From a virus, in the IMG/VR virus record IMGVR_UViG_3300025849_000009: DNA of 64,000 nt; one strand, 5' to 3'. The notes under the pieces are model-generated. The model saw nothing but the letters and a program-made list of their open reading frames with translations, had not been told where the DNA came from and did no database searches. Position numbers and translations under genes: made by a program. Of this stretch, positions 29,259 to 38,429 are shown piece after piece; position 1 is the stretch's first letter; every line of letters starts with the position of its first letter.

Positions 29259-29286
29259 GTTATACACACAAGCTTAAATTTGTTTA
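29259..29286 (-). promoter_or_regulatory. Putative early/middle promoter TAAAC-N17-TATAAC
   Basis: Variant copy heading the modification cluster. Confidence 0.55.
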
Positions 29287-29406
29287 ATTATATATTCGGT
29301 TTAATTTGGGTGCGACACAGAGATGCTCCCATGATTAATGATTACTTAAATGCATATTACTATGATTATGTTTATTACTGTGTTACAGATCACTGGTGAA
29401 CTTATA

Positions 29407-29625
29407 TTAATATAGTTTATTTTCAGATTGTCGTTTTATAAACCATTCTAACTTGGTAGTAAAATATTTGATTTGTTCTACATCAAGATTGTCAACTGCA
29501 CTTGACAATTGGGCTTGATAATATTCAATCTTTGGCGTGTAGCCATTAGGATATTTGGATGCTCTTACTGATCCGTATCTTGTTTTGTTAAGAAATAACT
29601 GGTGTTCATGGTGTGGATTACTCAT
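29407..29625 (-). CDS. Hypothetical protein (72 aa)
   Basis: ORF track; A-rich leader. Confidence 0.55.
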   Translation of the reverse strand: MSNPHHEHQLFLNKTRYGSVRASKYPNGYTPKIEYYQAQLSSAVDNLDVEQIKYFTTKLEWFIKRQSENKLY

Positions 29626-29677
29626 GTTTGATTGTTTTATGAGGCATTAACCTCGATTAGTATACTACTAATATAAC

Positions 29678-29708
29678 AAAAAAAAGCCAAACAAAAAAAT
29701 GTTTGGCT
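29678..29708 (-). terminator. Intrinsic terminator ending the internal-protein cluster
   Basis: AGCCAAACA-TTTTT-TGTTTGGCT followed by a T-run. Confidence 0.8.
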
Positions 29709-29734
29709 AGTTATTTTAATAAAGTTACGAACAA

Positions 29735-30355
29735 TTATCCGTGTTTCTTAACTATTTTTGTTAATTCATCTAGAGATTTGCTAACATGCTCTCCGAAATC
29801 TGCATGTAAATCATCATCAGTATCTAAAGGTTGCATATCTTTCCACTCTGTGTACTTAGCAATAAAGGCTTCACTTGCATCTACTATTTTTTTAATATCT
29901 GATTTTGCATAATCCTTTCCATAGTAACTATTAGGATCTACATCTTGTCTTGCTGTTTCGTCAGTAAATGGATTTTTAATATCGATACCCTCGTAATCAA
30001 AGCTAAATGCCTCAAATGTTTTTAAATGTTTCATTTTTTTATTTCTTTTCTTTTTCTTCTTGTATTCTTCTTCGGCATCACCTTGGCCAGCCGGCACATC
30101 ACCTGAACCTATTGTTCCATTTCCAGGTAATACGATTGGTCCCATTCCAGAAACATTAGCTATTCCAATATTTTCTTCTACATATTGTGGAAGGCCATCG
30201 TGTTTTGTACTTGCAAAATCTTTGAGTTGTTTAAGAGTCATTGAATCTGCTAATTCTTGTACTTCGGCACTAGCATCTTTTGGATCTAGTTCACCCTTTT
30301 TTAAAGCATATGCCATGCCCATTAATCTTTGTTGTGACTTACTTACAGAAGGCAT
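29735..30355 (-). CDS. DUF3008-like N-terminal domain plus a module with an internal KHLKTFEAF motif
   Basis: MPSVSKSQQRLMG..SMTLKQLKDFASTKHDGLP. Confidence 0.65.
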   Translation of the reverse strand: MPSVSKSQQRLMGMAYALKKGELDPKDASAEVQELADSMTLKQLKDFASTKHDGLPQYVEENIGIANVSGMGPIVLPGNGTIGSGDVPAGQGDAEEEYKKKKKRNKKMKHLKTFEAFSFDYEGIDIKNPFTDETARQDVDPNSYYGKDYAKSDIKKIVDASEAFIAKYTEWKDMQPLDTDDDLHADFGEHVSKSLDELTKIVKKHG

Positions 30356-30356
30356 A

Positions 30357-30896
30357 TTATTTTTTATCTATTTGAATAACTTCAGTATCTCTAATTTCAA
30401 GATTGTTATTACCAACTGATGCATCGTATTCACCATAAATAAGATCTCTCTTACCTGCTAACGGAGAATTCATCATTCCAATCTTATCGATTTTTCTTTT
30501 GAATTTTGAGCCATTAACATCATCCATAAAGCCTACGTTAATTACTACCTCGTATGAAAGATATAATGTATCTGAATCTGGATTATTTAAACCATTAACC
30601 TCATCTATAGCGAATCCATTAAAAAGATTGGCAGTAACAAATAAGATACCATCCATGCCACCTGCTCCTTTTTCTACTTGATCTAAAATAATCTTCTTAG
30701 CTGTATCTTCAAACTTAGCCCATTCTTTATTGACTTCTTCTTGAGTCACTACATTAATACCTTCGTATTTTACTGTTTTAATTTCTTGTCTAAACGCTTG
30801 CATTACTTTGCCCACCAAACCTTTTGCGGCATAGATACCAGTCATTCTATATGACTTCTCGTTTAAAAATGCTTCGAATAATTTTACGTGTTTCAT
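30357..30896 (-). CDS. Putative internal head protein
   Basis: MKHVKLFEAFLNE N-terminus; late promoter upstream. Confidence 0.6.
   Translation of the reverse strand: MKHVKLFEAFLNEKSYRMTGIYAAKGLVGKVMQAFRQEIKTVKYEGINVVTQEEVNKEWAKFEDTAKKIILDQVEKGAGGMDGILFVTANLFNGFAIDEVNGLNNPDSDTLYLSYEVVINVGFMDDVNGSKFKRKIDKIGMMNSPLAGKRDLIYGEYDASVGNNNLEIRDTEVIQIDKK
30867..30896. repeat. 30-bp repeat encoding MKHVKLFEAF (also 31688-31717; 27 bp at 32818-32844)
   Basis: aaatgcttcgaataattttacgtgtttcat identical between copies. Confidence 0.85.
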
Positions 30897-30906
30897 GATT
30901 TGTTTA

Positions 30907-30938
30907 TTTTTTATGTGTTATTATTTTATTATATATCT
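30907..30938. repeat. 32-bp promoter/leader repeat containing GATATATA (identical at 40550-40581)
   Basis: ttttttatgtgttattattttattatatatct at both sites. Confidence 0.85.
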
Positions 30939-30942
30939 GTTT

Positions 30943-31717
30943 TTATTCGTACATGCTAAGACCTTCATCATCTTCTAGAAGTTTAGCCAATTTGACAGCA
31001 TCTTTGGCTTTACATAATGTACCGGAATATATGTGATGCAAGTAACATACCTTTCCACTTATAGATGGAAATGTCAGCATCACCATGCGGGTCTTCATCA
31101 CCAAAACCGTCTAGTGAAAAAGATTTAACCCCTTTACCTTCTTCCTCTACTATTTCAGGGAAGTATTCACCTAACCAGACTAGATCTCCTAGATCTGCCA
31201 CACCGAAGGCTTTTAATACCGGCTCCCATTTAGCTTCTGCTTCAGGACCACCTAGACCGTTGTCTCCACTTTCTGATAAAGGTAGAAAATCACTAACCTT
31301 ATATGTTTTAGCTTTCTTTTTCGTATATTCCCACTGGCCTCTGTAAATTCTGTATTGCCCCGGCATATAACTTATATTTGCGTCGTTGCTTTTGTCTAAT
31401 GGAAAACCATGCTCCTTTTGATGAGTTGACATTGCTTTCTTATCGTCTTTAGGTTCCCATACATTAATAGTGTCATAACCCATATCATGAGAGGTTCTGA
31501 TTCTAATTAAAACGCCATTGAAATCATAATCCATTACCTTTAATCCCTTAGACGGGCTCCAAATAAGAAGTCCGGATTTCTTCAGTTGGTCATAAGCTTT
31601 TTTAATTCCGATTCCGGAAGCCATAATCTCTTCGATTCCGTCTATTAGTGGCCCATGGAAGCCCTCGTTTAATTTCTGTGAAGCTACAAATGCTTCGAAT
31701 AATTTTACGTGTTTCAT
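30943..31717 (-). CDS. Putative internal head protein, apparently frameshifted near 31030
   Basis: MKHVKLFEAF..LNE start; track ORF stops at 31010 but another frame continues YSGTLCKAK...SMYE to 30943. Confidence 0.55.
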
Positions 31718-31745
31718 AATTTTATATTTTTGTTTTCATGTTTTA

Positions 31746-32189
31746 TTAATCTAGTGATCCATGTTTTCCTGAAGACATTGCTTTTCCAAAATTATCGCTA
31801 CGTTCAGTTCTATATGAAATATATGCAGGATCGGAGTTGTGGTTTCTACCACCAGCTCCATAATATGATGATAACAAATAAGTGTGTATTACTTCGCCGT
31901 TATTATCAAATGCTTTATCTGCATCTTTAACTAATTTAACGACCTTGTTAATTTTTGAAGAATTAAAAGGGCCTTTAATCTCTGTTGATGCGGGGTTAAA
32001 AGAAGAAGTACCTGTTTGAACTTTAATAGATTCTAAAGTTTCAGGTATTCCTTTTATTAGCTTAATAAAATCTTTTAGGCTATCTGCAGAGCCTGCCCAA
32101 TCAGATTCTATTTTTTTGCCGTTAATAGTAGAATATGAATATTCTATTTTCTCGTTAACGTATTGTTTAAATAACTTTACATGTTTCAT
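31746..32189 (-). CDS. Putative internal head protein
   Basis: MKHVKLFKQYVNE N-terminus. Confidence 0.6.
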   Translation of the reverse strand: MKHVKLFKQYVNEKIEYSYSTINGKKIESDWAGSADSLKDFIKLIKGIPETLESIKVQTGTSSFNPASTEIKGPFNSSKINKVVKLVKDADKAFDNNGEVIHTYLLSSYYGAGGRNHNSDPAYISYRTERSDNFGKAMSSGKHGSLD

Positions 32190-32190
32190 T

Positions 32191-33279
32191 TTAGTGATTG
32201 TTCATTATATCTATTAAATTATTAGCTGTTCCATTATTAAAAGAATAACTTGAGTTTGTTAATCCAATTGTACTATAATTAGTACCTGATGAATAGTCAA
32301 ACATAACACCGCCGTCTGATGAATTATATTCATCTAGTACAAACATTAATTCATAAATTTCTTGAAACATTTTATCTTTAATTTTTGAATCAATTCCACT
32401 ACCACATGTGACTGCAATTAAAAACGTTCTTCTACCACCTGGGTTAAAGTTTGATCTGCCTTGAATTTGTCCACCAACAGTAGATCTCATTGTTCCAGAC
32501 CATCCGCCTGCTGCAGGGACTGAAGATTCCTCAGTTTCATATTTTTTATATTTCTTAATAACTTTAGAAATAGCTTCTGCTAGTTTTACAGCGTTTCTGC
32601 CCTGAAAAATGTCGTAAGAATCTTTTGCAGTATCACCTTGTACCATTAATGGTTCTTTATAACTTGGTAATTTACCTGATTTTAAAGTAGATTCAACAGC
32701 GTTTAAAATCCCACTGTATGAATCTCCCCATTTTTCTACTGCTATTTTAGCAAGCCTAAGCTTGTCTTCTAATTTAGCTTTAATTCCTTTTTTACCAAAA
32801 GACACTGCCTCGTTTACAAATGCTTCGAATAATTTTACGTGTTTAAGTTTATGCGTATTTTGAATTTTAGATTCATTTATATCCATACCGTCCCAATCCC
32901 ATTTGTAATGTTTACCATCAGCAGCAGTACCTAGATAACCATACATTCCTTTTTTAAAGCCATCAAAGAAAATGGCAGCACCATACTCTCCAAGTTCATC
33001 TTGAACATACTCTCTTGCACCGGCTTCATCAAATTCTTCTACAAAAACACCACCTTCTTCAAAGAAGAATAAAATTCCAGATCTTGTGTTAATTGAATCA
33101 CCCTCAAACCATGCGTCATTATCCTCGTCGTATGAATCTCCTTCATCATCTGGATCACCATACATGTCGAAACCCGACCATTGAGATATACCATATGCTA
33201 GTGCTTCTTTTTCTGTCTTAAAGAAATTCATTTGAGCATAATCTCCAGATCTTTCTCTTACGTAAAATATTTTTGCCAT
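32191..33279 (-). CDS. Two-module putative internal head protein
   Basis: N-domain paralogous to 33304-35253; internal KHVKLFEAFVNE. Confidence 0.6.
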   Translation of the reverse strand: MAKIFYVRERSGDYAQMNFFKTEKEALAYGISQWSGFDMYGDPDDEGDSYDEDNDAWFEGDSINTRSGILFFFEEGGVFVEEFDEAGAREYVQDELGEYGAAIFFDGFKKGMYGYLGTAADGKHYKWDWDGMDINESKIQNTHKLKHVKLFEAFVNEAVSFGKKGIKAKLEDKLRLAKIAVEKWGDSYSGILNAVESTLKSGKLPSYKEPLMVQGDTAKDSYDIFQGRNAVKLAEAISKVIKKYKKYETEESSVPAAGGWSGTMRSTVGGQIQGRSNFNPGGRRTFLIAVTCGSGIDSKIKDKMFQEIYELMFVLDEYNSSDGGVMFDYSSGTNYSTIGLTNSSYSFNNGTANNLIDIMNNH

Positions 33280-33303
33280 CGTGTTATTATTTTTGTTTGT
33301 TAA

Positions 33304-35253
33304 TTACCACGCGTAATCAAATGTTTTGATTTTATTAATTCTATCCTTGATATTCTTAGCATAGTTTTTAGTTTCTCTTTCGTACCAGCTTTCAGCTGCT
33401 CCATATCTTTCTTTAGATTCTTCGCCCTGTCTAACATAATCACAATATCTAGAATAGTCATCTAATATATTTGACATATGATTAGAAGCATCTCTTAATT
33501 TAACAACAGATCCTCTTTTGTTTGTTCCAATCATGATTTCACCATATTTGGTTTTCTCACCTTTTTTTAATCCATTTTGAATTTGTGCAGTTAATTCATC
33601 AATTGCATCTGAGACCATTTTATCTAGTGGCAATTTAGCCGCGTTGTTAGCTAAAATAGTTTCGTATCTTTTCTTATTTTCAGATTTAAAATCATCATGT
33701 GATTTAAATGCTGTAGCTCCTGATTTTGCTGCTGCTCTATCTGCTCTTTTATTTGCAGTTGAATACTTTTGTTGTAATAAATCAACGTTGATAACAATAG
33801 CTCTATCTGCAACTTCTGCAATTCTCTTTACATTGTAGAGTCCAGTTGCATCCCATCCTTTGTATTTTTTACCAATACCTATAGAATCTGTTGGATTATT
33901 ATCTACTGCTTTAAGGTTTCTATCTTTGTTTTTTCCACGGAATCGACTAGTCGATGACCAAACTTGATCATAGAATTTATTACCACCAGAAGTAACAGCT
34001 AATAAATAACCTCCACCTGGGATAGTTTTATTACTTACATATGCATCATAAGGTGCATGTGGATTTTCTTTTTCATTGTCTGAAATATAAAAAATAATAG
34101 AATTTGATTGTTTTGCTTTATATGCAGTTTGTGGGTCTGTAGTAATAAGATCTTCATCTTGTACTTTGTCTAATGCTACTTTAGTAGAACCATAAAATGC
34201 GCTTGCTAAATGTTTGTCTAATTTACCAGATTTTCCTCTAAATAATTCAGCAAGTCTTTGTGAACCGAATGCTTCATTAACTGTTGATTCGTTTAAAGAG
34301 TTAACAAACTCGCTAAATGATTCGTAAATAAATGTTGTTTTGTTTTTTGGTGTTTCCATTTTTATATTTGATGTATTTTCTTTTACTAATTTTGGATTTT
34401 TATTCAAAAGCTCTTCCATGTCTATTTCAGTTAATGACATAAAACTATTTTCTCCATACTTTTTAGATAATCTATCTGCTTTTTTAATGTCTATTACTTT
34501 AGATAAATCGTCATAATCTAAAGTTGCTACTCCAAATTCTCCAAACATTTCTTCCGCCATTGCGTTTGCAACTTTAAAAGGAGTTGCCTTCTCGTTAAGT
34601 GTAACCGCTGTTGATGGAATGATTGATTTTAATATTCTCATACCTGTTTTAGAAAGAGAGATACCATCTTCACTTACGTTAAAATACGCTGTGTTTCTTC
34701 TTAACCATCTTGTAGAATCAGTTGTCATTTCTTTAACAATACTTTTAAATTCTTCTTGGGAAATTTTACCATCTTTAACAGCTTCTAATACTTTATTTCT
34801 AATTTTAGCAGCTTTACCAACAGATTTTGCTGGATGGTTTTCAGTATACTTTCTTTTAACAATTATATTTCTTTCTTCTATAGATTCATTAACCTCACCA
34901 TCTTCAAATTTCCAGGTGTAACCTTTACCTTCTGCACCCTTTTTACTTAAAATCCCATACATACCTTTTTTAAAACTATCAAAGAAAAGGGCAGAATCAG
35001 CTTCTTTTTTTGTATATTTTCTTGCCTCTTTATCGCTATTATGCCCCTGGATGTATGCTCCGTCTTGCCATGTTAGTAAAATGCCAGTGATAGCGAAATC
35101 TCCTTCCCATCGTATATCTTTAACTCGGGCCCATTCCATTTCAAAGTCTGAAAATTGAGATTTGCCATATTTTAATGCTTCTTCTTTTGTTTTAAAGAAA
35201 TTGAACTGCTCACTATCTTTAGTTTTTTTACTTACGTAGTATATCTTTGCCAT
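33304..35253 (-). CDS. Multi-module putative internal head polyprotein
   Basis: Modules separated by VNE, LNE and ESFSEFVNSLNESTVNE linkers. Confidence 0.6.
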   Translation of the reverse strand: MAKIYYVSKKTKDSEQFNFFKTKEEALKYGKSQFSDFEMEWARVKDIRWEGDFAITGILLTWQDGAYIQGHNSDKEARKYTKKEADSALFFDSFKKGMYGILSKKGAEGKGYTWKFEDGEVNESIEERNIIVKRKYTENHPAKSVGKAAKIRNKVLEAVKDGKISQEEFKSIVKEMTTDSTRWLRRNTAYFNVSEDGISLSKTGMRILKSIIPSTAVTLNEKATPFKVANAMAEEMFGEFGVATLDYDDLSKVIDIKKADRLSKKYGENSFMSLTEIDMEELLNKNPKLVKENTSNIKMETPKNKTTFIYESFSEFVNSLNESTVNEAFGSQRLAELFRGKSGKLDKHLASAFYGSTKVALDKVQDEDLITTDPQTAYKAKQSNSIIFYISDNEKENPHAPYDAYVSNKTIPGGGYLLAVTSGGNKFYDQVWSSTSRFRGKNKDRNLKAVDNNPTDSIGIGKKYKGWDATGLYNVKRIAEVADRAIVINVDLLQQKYSTANKRADRAAAKSGATAFKSHDDFKSENKKRYETILANNAAKLPLDKMVSDAIDELTAQIQNGLKKGEKTKYGEIMIGTNKRGSVVKLRDASNHMSNILDDYSRYCDYVRQGEESKERYGAAESWYERETKNYAKNIKDRINKIKTFDYAW

Positions 35254-35278
35254 TGTGTTTTTTATATTTCTTTATATT

Positions 35279-37126
35279 CTATATATTCTTAATAAATTGA
35301 TCGAATGTTAGTGTTGCTATTTCAGTCTCTTCTAAAACTCCCATAGAATCTTCTAATTTAGATTTTAATTCATTATACATATCATGTATCGGTTTTGGTG
35401 TTAGCTTCTTAAATAGCTTCTCATCACCATCTAACATTGCATTTCTTACTTGTGTTGCTGATATATTCTTGCCAGTTCTTGGTATTTCATAAAGTCCAAA
35501 ATCAGTTCTAACTCCAAGATCTTCTCTATATTCTGGTTTATCTACTTGAAATCCATAAGTTTTCATTCTGTCACTTCCGGTTCCCCATAACACTGGTTCG
35601 TATTTTGGCCTCATTGCATTAAACATAGTGTCAATACCGCCCGTTGGAATTACAAAAACTTCTTCAATTGGATATTTAGATTTTAATCTATTAATCATTG
35701 CAACTTGAGTGTCCTCATCATAAGGTCTTTTAAATGCATCTTCTTTTTTCTTTTTCTTAGCCTTTACTAATAAGATTACGACCGGGTGACCATTTTGTTT
35801 ATGAATAGTTTCAACTACTTTAGCATGGCCCAACGTAAAAGGCTGAAATCTACCAACAAACATATTAACTAATTTCTTACCATGTTCTGGGTAATCTACC
35901 TTTAATGCTTCTAAAACAGGAGATTCATTATATTGTAATTTTTGATTTAACAGATATGACTTAAAATTAAGAACATCATTTTCATTTGTTTTTGCCATTA
36001 CTATTGCATCTATACTATCAACTATTTCATTGATCTGCGACATTAAATCTTTATTAATAATATCTGTTTCTTTGTTTCTCTTTTTTCTAAAACTACCCAA
36101 TGCTATTTTATACAATTCTGATAAAATGTCATTCTGTATTAATGATAGTGTTTTTTCATTTGTAATAAAAACTGGATTTAATTTAAAACTTTTGTTTTCT
36201 GAAAAATCCGCAGAATTAAAACTAGCTCCTACATATTTAGAAGCATTCTTTTCAATGTATGCATTAAAGATGTGTGAAATTAATTCAATGTATCGTTCTG
36301 CTGAATCTTCTGATTCTAAAGAAATTTCTTCAAGATTAAACTCTGTAATATACTCTACTAAATCTAATATTGCAATCTGATACATGTCAGATGGCTCTCT
36401 TTTTTTGGCATCCTTCCTGTCAAATCTTTCAAGTTTAAAACTTTTTTGATTTTTACCTTCATAGAAGTTTACTATTAAACCATCTATATCATTATCTAAA
36501 TTAGAATTTAACGTTGGATTATTAAGACCTATGTTAAATATATTAAATATAGCTCTTGTAAAAGATTGATCTTTGAATTTGATTTTAAAATCAGAATCAG
36601 AAAGTTCTAGTAATCTAATTAAGTCATCTTTTTGATTTGATTGTAAAACTCCTTGAAATATAACCGGAGGTTTTTGAACACCTAATAATTCTGACCACTT
36701 ATTTAAGACCTGTGGATCTCTAATAACTTTTTTGATTTGTGTGGGATTTTTAGGATTTAATATTTGTATATGTGTTAGTATTAAGTGATTTTTAGGAAGA
36801 CTTTCATATTCGATATCTACTGTCTTATTGTCAATCATGTAGTCAAATCCGAATTTCCAATCATGTGGCATATCTTCTTTTACATCTTTAGGAATAGCTT
36901 TAAAGTAATTGATACCATTTTCATAGTATCTTACCATAGTTCTATCTACTTTATCCATTTTATGTTTAGAACCACTTTTAAAATATTCATAACCAGTACT
37001 AGTGCTTTTAACATGAAACGAAGATGCTTGTATTTTTTCTGATACAACACATGTTAATTTCAACATTGAATTAAAATCATTAATGTTGGTTGATTGAAAA
37101 TATGTTCTTAAATTTTGTAATGCCAT
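35279..37126 (-). CDS. Degenerate RNA-ligase-like domain fused to a HIGH-family (cytidylyltransferase-like) nucleotidyltransferase
   Basis: SEKIQAS, DGLIV and FKL; GRFQPFTLGH, GSDR, ISATQVR. Confidence 0.7.
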   Translation of the reverse strand: MALQNLRTYFQSTNINDFNSMLKLTCVVSEKIQASSFHVKSTSTGYEYFKSGSKHKMDKVDRTMVRYYENGINYFKAIPKDVKEDMPHDWKFGFDYMIDNKTVDIEYESLPKNHLILTHIQILNPKNPTQIKKVIRDPQVLNKWSELLGVQKPPVIFQGVLQSNQKDDLIRLLELSDSDFKIKFKDQSFTRAIFNIFNIGLNNPTLNSNLDNDIDGLIVNFYEGKNQKSFKLERFDRKDAKKREPSDMYQIAILDLVEYITEFNLEEISLESEDSAERYIELISHIFNAYIEKNASKYVGASFNSADFSENKSFKLNPVFITNEKTLSLIQNDILSELYKIALGSFRKKRNKETDIINKDLMSQINEIVDSIDAIVMAKTNENDVLNFKSYLLNQKLQYNESPVLEALKVDYPEHGKKLVNMFVGRFQPFTLGHAKVVETIHKQNGHPVVILLVKAKKKKKEDAFKRPYDEDTQVAMINRLKSKYPIEEVFVIPTGGIDTMFNAMRPKYEPVLWGTGSDRMKTYGFQVDKPEYREDLGVRTDFGLYEIPRTGKNISATQVRNAMLDGDEKLFKKLTPKPIHDMYNELKSKLEDSMGVLEETEIATLTFDQFIKNI

Positions 37127-38409
37127 TATCTTCCGTATTTTATGATACCCATTAATTGATTAATGGCTGCAAACGTACCTGTTAATTTCATTGTTTTTCC
37201 TTTGTACACAAAAACTATTCCTTCAGTTGGTATAATAGATTCTATTCCTCCAATTCTGTCTAACCTAGCAAGTTCAGCTTCAACCTTTGCGATCTGAGCT
37301 GCACCTCCTGTTTTCTTAATACCTTCAGCTTCTGTTCTTATTTGATCGTGCAACCTTTGCATTTCAGCATCTGGGTTTGCTGCAACAAAATTAGAAGCAT
37401 TCTTAAGGATAATAGAACCCAATTCTAAGAATAAATCCTCAAATGGTCTAATGTTTTCCTTGTATTTTTTCTTAACATCTTCTTTATCAAATTTCTTAAT
37501 AAGAGATGCTTTATCTTTACCTAAATCTTTGTCTAATGATCTTAAGTTTAGTGTCTTTTTATCACCATACGCCCATCTTAAAAGAAGTCCTTCTTTATGA
37601 TCTTGTTCTAAATCAGAAAAGTTTGTATCAATAGTTTCTCTCCACCACATTTCGTGATATCTTGAAACTTGATCATCATCTGATAAACCATAACGATCTC
37701 TTAGTGATTCTACTTGTTTGATAAATTTAGCTTTGTTCTTTTCAAAATCTAAATCTTTTCCTATTTTAATAACTTGAGGTGGAATTACTGTAAATGTTTT
37801 GCCAACATTAATTTTAAGATCTTGCATTGCTTTAGCGATTGATCTTGCTGGTTTGTTATCATCTCCAATAGTATTACCTTCACCGTCAGTTTTCTTTATA
37901 CCATGAAATTGAATAACATCACGATCATAATAGATTACATTAGGATTCTTAGAGTAAATTAACTCCATATTCATAAAGTTTTTACCATTATCAAAAACTT
38001 CTAAATCTTTAGGGGATAATTTATTTAACGAGCTTGCTAAATCTTCTGCAGCAAATTGAAAAGTATCTTGTACTAATGGACTAGCATGTCCTTCAAACTT
38101 ATTCTTAAAAGTAGCAAGGTCCATTGGATTTGCTAATTCAGTTTTATTTCTGGCAAATTTTACTTCTCCATCTTGAACTGTTGCAAATACATTTTGACCG
38201 TCAGTTTTTTCAGTTGCTTCTTCTTCGAAGTTTAGTTCACCATATAATCCTGCTTCAATAATTTTCTTAAAATCACTAAATGTTAAATCTTTCTCATCAA
38301 ATGGATGTGACATGTGACCTGCTGCACCACCTTCTAAAATAAGAGATTCTGGTACACTAATATGTAGTCGTTCAGTTATAAATTCATTAAAATTAGTAAA
38401 GATCTTCAT
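37126..38409 (-). CDS. ATP-dependent ligase-fold protein (DUF6267-like)
   Basis: GHMSHPF, EKTDGQN (KxDG), EGIVF, KLTG. Confidence 0.7.
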   Translation of the reverse strand: MKIFTNFNEFITERLHISVPESLILEGGAAGHMSHPFDEKDLTFSDFKKIIEAGLYGELNFEEEATEKTDGQNVFATVQDGEVKFARNKTELANPMDLATFKNKFEGHASPLVQDTFQFAAEDLASSLNKLSPKDLEVFDNGKNFMNMELIYSKNPNVIYYDRDVIQFHGIKKTDGEGNTIGDDNKPARSIAKAMQDLKINVGKTFTVIPPQVIKIGKDLDFEKNKAKFIKQVESLRDRYGLSDDDQVSRYHEMWWRETIDTNFSDLEQDHKEGLLLRWAYGDKKTLNLRSLDKDLGKDKASLIKKFDKEDVKKKYKENIRPFEDLFLELGSIILKNASNFVAANPDAEMQRLHDQIRTEAEGIKKTGGAAQIAKVEAELARLDRIGGIESIIPTEGIVFVYKGKTMKLTGTFAAINQLMGIIKYGR

Positions 38410-38429
38410 AAGGTATTTATCTTGTTTTA

